Shown: piece by piece, positions 44,278 to 58,995 of the stretch
How the letters are laid out: the number at the start of each line of letters is the position of its first letter
Position numbering within the stretch: the stretch's first letter is position 1
NCBI RefSeq assembly: GCF_009914755.1
Contig: NC_060925.1
Reading direction: 5' to 3' (one strand)
Origin: the human T2T-CHM13v2.0 reference genome, Homo sapiens
Length of the DNA stretch: 64,000 nucleotides
Position numbers and translations under genes: made by a program
Notes under the pieces: model-generated
What the model saw: the letters and a program-made list of their open reading frames with translations, nothing else
Databases searched by the model: none
What the model was told of the DNA's origin: nothing

Positions 44278-45073
44278 TTCCTGAAATATTCTTGGTAATT
44301 ATAGTTCCTGAACAGTTTTCCCAAGCTGTTCTAGCCATCCCAAGAATGTTGGCAGGCTTGTCCATATGTTTGGAGGTGCAATTATAATGGTTCCTGGGTT
44401 TCAAGCTCCAGTCTCCATCTCCCCTCAGGTGCTTGCTTTCCCATAAGGTTCCATCTGACTACTGGAATATCAGGGGATTTCCATAAAGACAAGACTTTGA
44501 TCTTGGCAACCCTTTGGTAAATAGCCAGGGTTCTCAATCTTTGTGCAGCACCAAGGTATTTTTAAGATGTCTGTTAGTTTAGTCTCAGTGTTGTAATTCC
44601 ATCTAAATAAACAATGAGGCTATCTGCTGGAGAAAAGGCTGAATCTAAGAGCAATGCTGCCAGCATGCCCTCTTCCCAGAATAACTCCACGCTAGCCATT
44701 GGAGCTTCATTAGGTATATAAGAGCCCTTTGGTTTGGTAGCCTCTCTGGTGTGTGTATAGATTAAAACCTTGACCTATATCTCCTCTCCCTTACTTGAAT
44801 GTTTGACTTTACTTTGGGGGCAAAAGTTTGGATTGTTAGGAGACTATATGCTTTATATACTCTTCTATGCAATAAAAAGAGATTATATTAATTCACTCAT
44901 TGAGCTTTCACAGTAATGTAAACCATATTAGGCTTGTCATTCTGTCAGTGATGGGTGTAAGTTTGTGGCTTTAATTAGTCATACCATCTTCTGACAAAGG
45001 CATCCTTATTTCTCTTTCCAATTTCACAGTAAGGTGCAGAAGAAGGTCTTTACCATCTGTTAAAGATGTTCAG

Positions 45074-45376
<303 letters not shown>

Positions 45377-45762
45377 TATGATCAGGAGAGATATTTTGTA
45401 GAGAGGAAGATATTCCCTAGTACCTATAAGTCATCTCAAGGAGGTGGTCATACCTTTTCTAGTGCTAGAAAAGCCCTACTCAGAGACCTTCAGTGTTTTC
45501 CCACCTCCTGTCAACCTGCCTTATACTTCCCATATCTCCATGTGGGAGGCATCCCTGTGGAGTTTGCTTAGCACTTGGCCATGCTTTCTTTGAAACCTTA
45601 AAAGCTCGTAAAGAAAGTTGCCTTATGTTCCCTGATGAGAAGATGAAGTTGGCAAAAGAATGGTGAAAGGCAGGGATCTTGATGAGAGGCCCCTGACTAT
45701 CCCTTTAGTGATCAGCATCTTCACTTCCCATCTCATTCCATGTCCTGGTGGAATGGCTGCAG

Positions 45763-45870
45763 AAGATGAGATCCAGAGCCAGTGGCAGCACCTGAAAGAG
45801 ATCCTTTTCATCAACAACTGCCTGTGAGAAAAGCTAGAACATCATCACAGCAGCTTTGACGAAGAAAATG
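45763..45870 (+). pseudogene. Exon F, PDE4DIP-like, with internal TGA
   Basis: ctgcag|AA GAT; DEIQSQWQHLKEILFINNCL*EKLEHHHSSFDEEN versus recalled PDE4DIP EIRNLRQRLEESICINDRLREQLEHRL; G|gtagga. Confidence 0.72.
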
Positions 45871-46651
45871 GTAGGAGAGGCCCAAGTCAGCCTGCTTCTG
45901 GCAATATGTATTTTTCTAAAGGCATGTGACTGGGGCAGAGTTTTATAGATTTCAAGCACTTTGACATACTTTACTTCACTTATTCATTACAAATGTCCCA
46001 GCTAGAGAGGTAGGGCAGCTACTATCATTCCTATTTATAGGTAAATAAATAGGCTTAAAGATTTGCCTTCATCTTAGTGGTATCTACCTCTAAAATCATT
46101 CTTGTGATTCCTAGGCTGTCTTCTGTCTTCTGTCTGCTGCTGTACACTGCCTGCTGTCTCTCTGCTTCTTATGTGATTGGCATTCAGTAGAACCCAGGTT
46201 TCTCAGCACCTCATGTAGCAGAATGAGAGTCTCCTCTGCTGCCATCCTCATCAGTTTCCCTTATGTCTTGGTGACTCTTCATTCTACCACCCCAAGGTGG
46301 TTCTCTCCAACCCCCCTCCTCTTAGATTGTTCTCACACAGAGGCCGTCATTTCATAACATTGTGCTGGGCCAGAAGAATCATAAGCAGGTCCCTTCCCAT
46401 ACCAAAGCAGTAACTATTTTGGAAAAGCCTCCTTCATATTGCAGCCATTGGACATGATAATACATGTGATGTGCTGGCATTTGTTGAGAATCATGTGAAA
46501 ATTAAGCTTCCACCCCATCACACTAACGTTCCAGCCCTCCACGGTTTTCTCCCTAGGCTAAGATAGAGAGGAAGAACATGAAATGTGCAGAAAGCATTCT
46601 CTTAAGCAAACGTGTATAACTTGCGTAAATTGTAATTATTTCCTGGAACAG

Positions 46652-46773
46652 GATGCACCTCTAACCTCTACAGGCAAATCATAGATTCCATTGTCCAGCT
46701 GTAAAATGAAAACAGAGTTCTCAGAGAAGAATACCGGAGACTCCCCCGACTTGCCTGAATCAAATTTCCAGAG
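46652..46773 (+). pseudogene. Exon G, PDE4DIP-like, with TAA and frameshift
   Basis: aacag|GA; GCTSNLYRQIIDSIVQL*NENRVLREEYRRL versus recalled PDE4DIP GSTSNFYSQGLESIPQLCNENRVLREDNRRL; GAG|gtaagt. Confidence 0.78.
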
Positions 46774-47084
46774 GTAAGTGGTGAAAGGCTACAATATGAA
46801 GTCACTCTCAGATGGGTCCCTTCTCTTGCCACACTCCACTGTAGAAATAAAAGAGGACGGGGAGGCCAGAGCTGCTCAAAACCTTATAACCCACAATTCT
46901 CATAGTCATTCTCAACTTAGAGAGGGCTGCTTTCTAGACACACCCCCTCCAGGCCCCCAGACTGCCAGGCTCCAGGAATAAGTAGCTCTAAGAAATACAG
47001 TATTTCGATGCGAGCCACACCCCACTATTGCAAATTGGAGAAGAGAAGGACAAACTTAAAAGGTGAAAAGATTTAACAGAACAA

Positions 47085-47295
47085 CAGGGTGAAACCCCAT
47101 CTCTAATAAAAATACAAAACTTAGCTGGGCGTGGTGGCATGCACCTGTAGTCCCAGCTACTCAGGAGGCTGAGGCAGGAGAATCATTTCAACCCAGGAGG
47201 CAGACGTTGCAGCGAGCCAAGTTTGCACCACTGCATTCTAGCCTGAGTGACAGAGCATGACTCCATCTCAAAAAAAAAAGAAAAAAAGAAAGACA
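47085..47295 (+). mobile_element. 5'-truncated Alu
   Basis: Starts mid left arm; AAAAGATTTAA(C/G)AGAACAA flanks. Confidence 0.85.
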
Positions 47296-48820
47296 GAAAA
47301 GATTTAAGAGAACAATTATTTTAATTGAATACATTTTGTCAAGATTAAATCAACTTTCCCCTAGAATACTGAAAGAATAAGCAATCATAATTTAGATTCT
47401 AAGTTACTGGCCTTTGAGAAAGTGTGAAATCCAAAAAGATGCCATGAGCCAAAAAAGAGCAAAAGTCCTAATTTTCAAACTGATGAAAATAAAGTACTAA
47501 ATAATTGAAATCATCGTAGTTCATCTTGGTCCTTGGCAAAATAAAAATTTATTGATTGAAATTATAATATCCTAGCTACCTTTTTGTGCCTAGCTCTTAC
47601 CACTGAGGAGAAAAACCAAACACAAACAAAAGTATGTTCAAATTGGCAAAAATGTTTACAAACCTGCAAAATCTCTTCAGCCTATCCCTTAAACTGCAGA
47701 CTTGGTATTTACTAAGCTCTGCTGTGTACAATACCCACCTTAATATCCATTCTTGCACAAGTTCTGTTAGGTATAAGCCAAAATCACATGGGATTTTTTT
47801 TTTTACCCTCTCATGCCTATGTTTGCTTTTGCTTCCAAAGACCCTTCTGAGTAAGGACTGTCCTCAGACTACTGGAGTCACTTAGTCACAAGCTTGCCTG
47901 AGGCTCAGAGCTGGCAATACCTGGCAGTTTATGTCAATCCCACATGCAACCCTGCCTGCAAAGTATTTACCCATGATTGACAGGTGCAGGTGTATGAAAG
48001 CCCAGCTCCTTGACTTGAGGGGTGCGTTTGTGGTGAATTAGCTTTGGGAAAAGGGAATCCAGAGGCCAACTTTGTAAAAATCCAGATAGGTAAATGGAGA
48101 GAAATCTTTGCCTTGGAAGTCCAATTGAGAAAGATAGTGATTTACTTCGGACTGTGAAAGGAGAGACTAAAATCTTTACTTTCTCATGGGAAAGAAGCCT
48201 ATGGTGAAAGAGAAACAAAGAAAATGGTGGGAAATAGGGTAGGTCTACTCAGTAGCTTTAAACCATTCTGTCATATTATAAAGCCTGGTAAGGTTTTAAC
48301 TAACACAAGTGCCTGGACTCTACACATAGATATTCTGATTTAAATGCTTCCAGGTGGGTGGAAGACACCAGTAGTCTTAAAAAGCTCCCAAGTAATTTTA
48401 ACATGTAGCTAAAGATGAAAAGGACAATCTATCTACTAGAATGTCAAGTCGTCAGCATAGGAGTGTCCCAAATGTGCAGCTACCTCATAGAAAAGGCTTA
48501 ACCCCACCCATTGATGGAATTCGCCTTCCTCTCTCCATGGTCTTGTTTGCATAGCATGGAAAAAAAGAGAAGAGAAAAAGAGGTAGATGGATAGATTGAA
48601 CCTATAATTTGCCAATGTGGAGCAGTTTCTCAAACTTTTCTGACCACAAGATGCAGTGAGAAATACACAATTTTTTGTGATCAGTTTTTAAAAAATCTTT
48701 TATTATGTGTAATCCACCCTTCCTGGTATTTAAATAAAGCCTGTAGTAGTAAGCAGTCCACTATATTGATTTCACAACCCATAAGTTGTTCAGAATTGCA
48801 ATTAGAAAATTTTTAATTTT

Positions 48821-49163
48821 GGCCAGGCGTGGTGGCTCGCACCTGTAATCCCAGCACCTTGGGAGGATCACCTGAGGTCGGGAGTTTGAGACCAGCCGGA
48901 CCAACATGGAGGAACCCTGTCTCTACTAAAAATAAAAAAAAAAAAATTTTTAAATTAGCTGGGCGTGGTGGTACCTGCCTGTAATCACAGCTACTTGGGA
49001 GGCTGAGGCAGGAGAACTGCTTGAACCCTGGGGGTGGACGTTGTGGTGAGCCAAGATTGTACCATTGCACTCCAGCCTGGGCAACAAGAGCAAAACTGTC
49101 TCAAAAAAAAAAAAAAGAAAGAAAGAAAGAAAAAGACAAAGAAAGAAAGTAAGAAAGAAAGAA
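48821..49163 (+). mobile_element. AluS-type element with (GAAA)n tail
   Basis: Dimer; AGAAAATTTTT flanks. Confidence 0.9.
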
Positions 49164-50768
49164 AATTTTTTTTCACTTTTGCTCGGCCTTTTTATCAAGG
49201 AAAATCCCAAAAGAACATTTACTGTAAAAGAACATTGACTATAAACATCTTTCTGTGAATCCTTATTTCTGTCCCAGCCACCATGACCCAATAATCTCTA
49301 AAACCTGTTAGTGTTCTCCAGATTGAAGCCTTCCCTCTAACTGCTCCTAAATCTGTGATGTAGTGGAAAAGGTTTGAGGCCTTGATTCTCAGCCCAGGTT
49401 TTTCACCTACAGATCATATGGCCTTAGCCTCTTGACACCATTGTCTCCTTATGGCCAAAGATGGAACTGTACTTGGGTGGTATCTGAGCACCCTGTTGGC
49501 TTTGACATTCTAGGGCTCTTCCCTTGGCACCACTCTCTTATTTAAAAGGAATAGGATGTGGACTTAGAAGGGTTATTTCTCTGCAAACTATCCTCTCTTT
49601 CTTATGACAAGCTATTTCTGAATGTGCACATTTGAGGCTAAGCAAATCACTTCCTGGGAGGTGTGAAAGACCTTTATTTCTCTCCAGAGGAGTATTATGG
49701 AGGTGGTAGAGACCTAGCTAACTCATCTGCAGCGGCTTTGAGCAAGGCTTTTAGAACCATAAGGTGGCTGGGGTCCTGTGTCCTACACCACAGGCCAGCT
49801 AGTTCATTTCAGGAGACTTTCTTTTCAATCTATTATTACTATCTTCTTCTAGACTGTAGTTCACTACCAGAGATTATCCACTTAGCTGCACTCAGTTTAC
49901 ACCTGGCCTGTATCACCACTTAGCTCTCACTCTAGCCTCAGTTAGGTATCAGCAAGACCTCACCAAAGATTATTGTTTCGTTGTATGTGTGTGTGTGTTT
50001 TTGTTTGTTTCAAGTAGCAACTAATGTTGGAACTATGGAAAGTTCTTCTCTACTTTTAACAAAGCTTAGTCACAAACAGTTCCCCAGTTGATGAGAAAAA
50101 CTAAAACAACAGAACAATTGAAAGTCCAAATCTGAAAGCTCCATCTCTGAGAAGCAAATTTTATAGCCACTCCAGATTTGTATTCCAAATGGATAGTTTG
50201 ATTATAGAAATCACATCCCTTCAGTCTGCAAATGTGATAACTGACCAAGAGACAGTGATGCCTAGATCCATAAATAATCCCCTTTCCCCCAACCTATATA
50301 TAACTGGAGTCAACAGCAGCTAGAGGAAAATGGCAAGGACTTGGAATCAAGATTAAGTTAGAATAACACTGCTGTAGACTGTTCATCAGCTCTTCAGCAT
50401 ATGTCCATTTTCCTTGAGGGATAAGCCTTTAGAAACCTCTGACAATAAAGTTTATTTTACACACATTCTCTTGCCTATGATTTTTTTGTACAAATCACAA
50501 TTACAAAACTTTCTTGCTCCAGCTAAAAGCAGGAAACTCAGTCACAAATGTGTTCACTACATGTATACCACAGAATGATAGCAGCCAGTCTGAATGCATC
50601 ACTTGATTCCAAAATTAAATGTTAGCACTCAGTAGTGAAACTACATGTATCTCCAACTCTGGAAGCCCCAGGCAAGATACTCCTGTTTCCTGCAGGGAAA
50701 CAGATCTATAAGCAGGGCAGCAGTCTCACACATGTACATTCCTGGGAAACCCAAGGAAACAATGATAG

Positions 50769-51300
50769 TGATGCAGGGCAGGCGAGCCTCAAAACTGGTT
50801 TGTAGCCCGGGAAATTTCTTCCAGACTGTAGTTTCCTTGGCTTTGCCAAGGAAAGAATTCAAGGGCAAGCCGCTGGTGAAAGAAAGCAACTTTTATTGAA
50901 CTGGTGCTGCTACTTGCAGAGCAGGGCTAACCCATAGGCAATGTGCCCAGAGTTGGTGCCTGTGGGCTGCTAGCTAGTTGTTTTTAGACCCACTTTTAAT
51001 TACATGCCAATTAAGAGGTAGGTTATTCAGAACTTTCTGGAAAAGGGGCAGGGAGTTTCCAGAACCGTATAAAGTAACTTCCAGGCCATTGCCAAGGTGT
51101 GTTGCCATGACATTTGTAAACTGGCCATGGTCCCGGTGGTAGTGTCTTTATGCTCATAAGTAGTGAGAGCAACTAGAGGTCACTTTCATCATCATCTGCT
51201 GGTTTCAGCAGGCTTCTTCACTGCACCTTGTTTTGACCAGATCCTGCTCTGTTCAATGGGGTTGTGACTGGAAAATAAGTCCTTCTGGTCTCCTACCTCA
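50769..51300 (-). mobile_element. 3' LTR of ERV1 provirus (MER66-like)
   Basis: Minus strand TGAGGTAGGAGACC...CCCTGCATCA, AATAAA near 50892-50897, preceded by purine tract GATGGGGAAA. Confidence 0.8.
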
Positions 51301-51878
51301 TTTCCCCATCAGAGATTATATACTCCTCCTTAATCTTAAGGGGCTTGTAGAAGGGTGGAGGTTCATCTTCTGTAACTGCTTCCTGCTGATGTTATGGGCA
51401 TAGAACCTGCCTAGCACTGGAGAAGTAAAATCTCTGGATACCTGTTCTAAAAGACCCAAAGGCAGGATGTCTTTATTTTCTGGGTCAGAAGAGGGGATGG
51501 GTTGAAAGCCTTGTGCCAGCATCGTCTTTACATGGAATTATTGTAATCTAGAAGACACAAACTTTACAAGGAGGTTAAACAAGCAAGGACCAAAGATTAG
51601 TAATAACAAGATATCTGTTAAAGGTCCTAGGAAGGGTAAAAATCAAGTGTCTGCTGGTAGAGATTCCTTTATTGAATTCCATCAGCAGGGCAAAGCGGTA
51701 AGAGAGAAAACATTATAATTAGGAGTAAGAGAAAAACTTTCATGCTCATCCACAGCATCATGTTATTAATATTTATCTGTGCATTTGCAAAACAATAGCT
51801 TTAAGTCTTCTGGGAGTTTGCAAGTATAGGTCATGGCATCTTCCTCTGACATCTGTGAGGACTCATAAGAATCTTTGA

Positions 51879-52198
<320 letters not shown>

Positions 52199-52455
52199 TT
52201 AACAGCAGTGGGAGTGCTTAATAATGCCTGATAGGGGCCCTTTCTATTTTGGTTGTAATTGATTCTTGGGGGATCCTTCTTTCTAAGTTTTTAGTAAGAC
52301 TAAGTCTCCTGGTTGAATGGGGGAGTTAATCCTTTTCCTTGTGGGAAGTTACGTTTCATTTCCATATGATTGAAGGGCCTTTTGAACCTGGCCTAAGTTG
52401 ATAATCTATGTGTCTCTTCATCAAACAGAAGGTCTAAAGTTAAAAAGGGCCTTCC

Positions 52456-55400
52456 GAGCTGCTCAGGCGACCCAGTGCTCGGTTGGCCCGGGCCGCGCTT
52501 AACTGTCCCAGGTCAGTTAAGCCCGTGGGAGCCCAGGTCATGGGGCAGCCAGGGCCTCTGCAGTGTGAGGCGCCGGGCTGCGGGCGGGCAGGCGGGAGGC
52601 TTAGGGTGGGTCGCGGTCGCGGCCCCCGCCGCAGGCCCTGGCGGCGGCATCGTGAACATAGACGTGGAGTTCCACATCCGGCACAACTACCCCTGGAACA
52701 AGTTGCCGGCCAACGTGAGGCAGTCATTAAGTGGAGATAGCTCATCATGGAGGTCTTCATCTTTGTCTTCACATCAAGTAGGCTGAGGAGGAGGAAATAC
52801 AGGAAGTATTGGTCTTGCTGTTCAGAGTGACAGAGGAGAAAGAAAATCCCACCCGTCTTGGAAATTCACAGAGAGAATATGAAAATCAGGTTGTCCTGTA
52901 CAGTATCTGCAATCAGTTACGATACAGAAATAACTTAAACATGTCAAGAAAGATGAACGCAGATACTATGAGGAACTGCTAAACTACAGCCGAGATCATC
53001 TCATGCTGTACCCTTACCGTCTATTGGATATTATGGTGAAGGGCTTGAGCATAACACCATTTTCATATTACACTGGGATTATGGAGAATATTATGAACAG
53101 TGGGCACAATTTTACTGCTGCTGACTGTCTAAGGCTTCTTGGCATAGGAAGAAACCAGTATATTGATCTTATGATTCAGTGTAGATCATCAAAAAAATTC
53201 TTCAGAAGGAAAACAGCCGGTGATCTTCTACCAATAAAGCCAGTGGAAATTGCCATAGAGGCATGGTGGGTGGTGCAGGCTGGATATATCACAGAAGATG
53301 ACATCAAGATATGCACTTGGCCTGAGAAATGTGCTACTGATAAGACCGTTGATTCAGGCCCTCAACTCTCTGGATCACTAGATTACAATGTAGTACATAG
53401 TTTGTATAAAAAAGGATTTATTTATCTGGATGTACCAATGTCTGATGACAGTTGTATAGCAGTTGCACCCCTTGAAGGTTTTGTAATGAATCGAGTGCTT
53501 ATTTTGATTATTTTGAAACTCTACTCTATAAGATATTTGTTTCAGTAGATGAGCACACAAATGTGGCAGAGCTTGCAAATGTCCTTGAGATTGACTTATC
53601 CCTGGTTAAGAATGCTGTTTCAATGTATTGCTGATTGGGCTTTGCCCATAAGAAGGGACAAGTAATAAATTTGGATCAACTTCATTCATCATGGAAGAAT
53701 GTTCCATCCATAAACAGATTAAAGAGTACCTTAGATCCATAGAAGATGCTCTTGTCATGGGGTGGAGGGGAAAGTAGGAGGCCTGTACAAGAAGCTTCAT
53801 CGGCAACTGACACTGATACAAATAGTCAAGAAGATCCAGCTGACACAGCCAGTGTAAGAAGCCTGAGTCTGTCTGCAGGACACACGAAGCACATCGCATT
53901 CCTGTTTGACTCCACTCTTACTGCCTTCTTAAAGATGGGAAATCTTTCACCAGTTCAGAGCACTGGTGAAAGAGAAGCACAGAGATATTTTGATCATGCG
54001 CTTACTCTGAGAAACACAATACTGTTTCTGCGTCATAACAAAGATCTAGTTGTGCAAACTGCACAGCCAGACCAACCCAATTATGGTTTTCCTCTGGATC
54101 TCTTACGCTGTGAAAGCCTTCTTGGTCTGGACCCTGCAACTGGCAGCAGAGTTCTAAACAAAAATTACACACTGCTTGTTTCCATGGCTCCCCTCACCAA
54201 TGAAATCCGGCCTGTCAGCAGCTGCACCCCTCAGCATATTGGACCAGCTATCCCAGAAGTCAGCTCTGTCTGGTTTAAACAGTACATTTACGTTTATCAT
54301 ATCACTGGACAAGGACCACCATCCCTTTTATTATCCAAAGGTACAAGACCTCGAAAACTGCCAGATATATTTCAGAGTTATGATCGATTGCTAATAACAT
54401 CTTGGTGTCATGATCCTGGAGTAGTTCCTACCTCAAATGTGCTCACGATGTTGAATGATGCTTTAACACATTCTGCAGTTTTAATTCAGAGGCATGGTCT
54501 GCATGGGATAGGAGAAACTGTCCATGTCCCATTTCCATTTGATGAAACAGAACTACAAGGAGAGTTCACTCGTGTCAATATGGGTGTTCATAAAGCATTG
54601 CAGATACTAAGGAACAGAGTGGACTTACAACATCTCTGTGGATATGTCACCATGTTGAATGCTTCCAGCCAACTTGCAAATAGAAAACTCAGTGATGCTT
54701 CTGATGAGAGAGGAAAACCTGATTTGGCTTCTGGCTCAGATGTTAAATGGGAGTACAGAGTCATTTGAAATGGTCATTGAAGAAGCAACTATAGATTCAG
54801 CAACAAAGCAAACCTCTGGTGCCACAACAGAAGCAGATTGGGTTCCTCTCGAGCTGTGCTTTGGAATTCCACTGTTCAGTTCCGAATTAAACCGGAAAGT
54901 TTATAGGAAAATTGCTACACATGGCCTTTGCAGAAAAGAGAGCCTTCAAAACCTCTTACATTCCAGTAGAAAACTCTCTCTGCAAGTCCTTAACTTTGTT
55001 CACTCATTCCAGGAAGGTGCTTCAACATTGGATATTCACACAGAGCCCAGTTTTTCAAGTTTGCTTTCACAGTCATCGTATGCTGACATGGGTGTTCCAC
55101 TTCCTGCAAAAAATTTAATATTTAAAGATGGTGTCTTATCAGAACGGAGTGGATGGTCACCTTCCTCACTTATTGCTAATCTCCATTTGCAATAATTTGG
55201 TTACACCATTTGCTGCTCACACTTTCTGCCTTTTTTCTTTCTTAACGTTAGCTTTATAGTGTCAGCCACTAAAAAGCATCCTGCTGCTGTGGAGCAATTC
55301 TTGCTTTACTAATATTAAAAGTTTGGGGAACATATTCATGTTTTCTGAAGTTTTGCTCCTTATTGCACATCTTATTGCAACAAAGTGCTTTTTAGCATCC

Positions 55401-57941
55401 AGCACTGTATTTTTTACCTTGAGACAATCTGCATTTCTTTTATAAAACTAAGTATATACTTTATAGGCTTTATGATGACTGTTATGTTTAAAAGCAGTCA
55501 CTGTGAAAATTGCAATGATAATTTTATATGTTAGTTTATCAAACATCAATCTTGTTTAACTTTATATTTTGTTACCTATACTTTGGGGGATCAAGGGAAG
55601 AGATGGAACTCTTCCTCTGAAAATGCTTCTTGGTACTTAAAGTAGTAAAACTATAAAACAGTAAACATCCAGTATTGGGAGATGATATGATAGGGCATTA
55701 TGAATTCCTATGGGTATCTAAATTATGTATGTCAATTGGACATTGTAGAAGGTATGTAAATCATCATGGTTATGTATAACTTAACCTTGATTTATAAGGT
55801 CTTAATTCAGATTATGACTATTCGTTGACATCTCATGAGAAGCTTTAGAAAACTTTCTATTTTTAAACACCATTTATATGTGGACTTCTGTTGTCACTGA
55901 CTTTGGGCTTTATATTTTCACAGAGTCTTTATGGAAAAAGTAGAATTTATTTTCCACTCTTGTAGCTATAGCTGCTGCACATTTTCATCCTGATTTATTT
56001 TTTTGTTTCTTACCTTTGATGTTTTCAAACCAAGGATTGTGATTTTAGGTTAGAATTACATATTAGAAACATTAAGACTATGTCTTTGGATCAAAATGCT
56101 TTAGTGATTAACCTACTTTGAAGACATACTCTTAAGCAATCTGTATCTTAAATTTATGTGAATACATTTTTAGAAAATGATAAAGAAAAATGGAATTACT
56201 TCAAAGTGTTTCTTGAGTCATTGATTCTTTTAGCATCTCAAATGTTAATTAGAATAATTGGAATCACTTTTTAAACTTTTCAAGTTACCTTCCTTGGGAA
56301 GTTTGTGTAGTGTTACAGTTTAGTTTAGCTCCTCTTATAGGGCAATGGTTTGCTAGTTTAAAACTGTAACCAAATGAACTGGTCAGACAACTCATATCTA
56401 AAACACTTAAAATGTTAGAACGTTTGGGAATGTTATAACCTAAGCGTTTTTGCTGATAACTTTTTGTTATTTATAGACATTTGTGTATTTAACATACTTA
56501 CTTCTGGAAATATATGCCTTTCCTAAAACTTAACCACACATCCACTACCATGGCCTATGTATAGAATTGAATATTTTGGACCATGTTATCTGTGGCACAG
56601 TCAGTGCTGTGTTTGAGGTAAATGCAGTAACGGTTAGTTTTCTACTTTGCCTTATAAAAGGTAGAAACCATGTGTATGTTATGTTTGTCTATAAAAGAAA
56701 AATACTAATATTAAATTATTTCTTATGACTGTGAGTCACTCACTTATTTTTCCAATAATTGATATTGTACATTCTTAGTGCCATTAGGTATGTATGTATG
56801 TAACTTTTACAGTTTTTCAGCTGAAAGTTGTATTTTTTTTTAATCAGGGCTCTTTAATCTCATTTTAATTTCCTTTGTTTGAATGAACTGTAGTTATTTT
56901 CTGTATTCCTATATTAACCATCTAAACCAACTGTAATGACACGTACACTAATGAAGAATTGAACATTTGTATTTGTTGGCAGTGAGCCCAGTTGTTGGTG
57001 AATTTAAAGCTTAAAATATGGGAGTGATTTGCTGCTATATTTCTTTTGAGAGATAAAGGAGGAAGAAATGGAACCTAATGGTAATCATGAATTTTAGGGA
57101 AAGTACTGAAAAACCATGGGGTCCCCTCTGGTTTCTTGTGTTGAATGAGGCAAGAGTAATCATCTGATTCTTAGCTGAAGACTTCTCATACTCTCAAGGA
57201 GGGAGAGTGCATTTTTAGAGCTTTTAGCAAAAATGTGAAAAGTTCATGTTTGCACTTTGCTTTGTGAATTTGGCTTCATTTTACTTATACATTAACTCAT
57301 GTAATGTCTTCAATCTTACAAGTATTGATCCATTTCAACAAAAAGGTAAATTTAAAATGCAGACTTTGTTACTTGTCAAAGAAGATTCATGAAAAATTTA
57401 TATCCAATTATTTTCCAAATAGTTAATTTAATTTGGCTTTTTACCACATTCCTTCCTTTCTTTCCCGACTTCTTTAATGTAATTTAAACCCTGGAAAACA
57501 TTCTTTAGAAACCAAGAGGAAAAGAAGAACACATATCAAAAAAGACATATAACTTAAAATGGTACATTTCACATCTAAAATGGGTTTGAAGAAACGCAAC
57601 TTTATATCATTAAAAAATAAGATCATCTGATTTCCTTTATTTCTTTTTTAAATTATGTAATCAGATGATTTTATATTTTTTGGGGGGGGCGGAATATTGG
57701 TTTCTTTTACTTGATGTTTTCAGTTTTCTCTGGCATTCAAGTTTCTTTTTTGTGTTCAGTGTTTCAAATACAATTTGTATTTAAGGATTTTAAAATACCA
57801 AACTGTAAATGAGTACAGTGGATCTTTTTCTGTTAGGATGTTAATATTATACAATGAAATCTATAAAGTGTTGTCAATTTGATCATTGACACATATGACA
57901 CGTTTACAATTAAACTGTGGTGTTGATCAAGTTAAAAAAAA
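52456..57941 (+). pseudogene. FAM91A3P: FAM91A1 processed pseudogene (5'UTR, CDS about 52652-55195, long 3'UTR)
   Basis: Intronless match to FAM91A1 (NIDVEFHIRHNYPWNKLPANVRQ...SLIANLHLQ*); ATG changed to GTG at 52652; stops and frameshifts; ATTAAA at 57909-57914, A tract, imperfect TSD (AAAAAG)GGCCTTCC; paralog number inferred from context. Confidence 0.93.
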
Positions 57942-58995
57942 GGCGGAGGCCTTCCATAAGTCATTTCAAATGGACTAAGCTTTAAAGTTCTCTTTGGAGC
58001 CATCCTCACATGCAAAAGGGTTATGAGTAGGAGGAAAACTCAGGCCTCTGAGGTCTCCTGAAAGAGTTTTGCTAATGTCACAACTGGCTTTCTATGTTAT
58101 CTGAAGATTGAGATCTCCATGAAGAGTGAAGATAGGTAATGCTTAAGGCTGAGGCATTACCTCACTGGGTCACCTTAGCTGGGAAGGGAGGTCAGTTATC
58201 CCCTTGCAAACATTTTGGTAATCCAAATCTTGGGATGATTTCTTTAAGTAAGAATTTAGACACTTCCAATACTTTTCTTGTCCTTGTGGGGAAAGCTTCT
58301 ATCCACCTGGTGAAAGTGTTTATAAATACTAGCAAATATTGTAGTCCCCTGTAAGGTGGCATCTGGGTTAAATCTGTCTGCCAGTCTTCACTATGGTATG
58401 TTCCGTGGTGTTGTACAAGTTTAAGCAGGGAGCGGGGTATGGGGTGGCTTCCTGATTGGTAAATCTTTTTATAGTTTAGAACAGTCCCTTCCCCAAGAAT
58501 ATTTAGGAAACTAATTTGAATGGAAAATCCTGTCCCAAATGTGAGGAATCATGAAAATGTTAAATTATTTCCCATTTGTCAGCCTCAGGAATAGAGTTTG
58601 TTCTTTTCTAGCAAGCGTCTAGAGGGGTCTTACTGGAAGCCTTTTACTCAGTCCCTTTAATTTCCTTGGGTGTATAGTACGGTTCCACTGACATGGATGA
58701 CCTGGTAGTAGCGCAGCAGCCTGAAATACCAGGGTTTCCTTAGCTGTGGCCTTAGCTGCTCTTTCCAAAAGGGAATTTCCTCTAATAAGAACAGTGTCTC
58801 CCTTCTGGTGTCCCCTGCAGTGAATACTTGTTATTTCTTTGGGAATTGGATGGCATCTAAAAGTTCCAAGATCTGAGTAAAGTTGTATGGGGGATCCCTT
58901 GGCTCTTGATAGTCCCCTTTCCTTCCCTATGGTTGCATGAGCCTGAAGCACCCGGAAACCATACTTAGAGTCAGTAAACACATTGACTCTTGAGG

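Noticed and set aside
53746-54768. 340-aa FAM91A1-like ORF as an intact CDS
   Set aside because: Lies between upstream stops and a downstream frameshift in a retrocopy lacking the original ATG; an open stretch of this size is expected in a young pseudogene.
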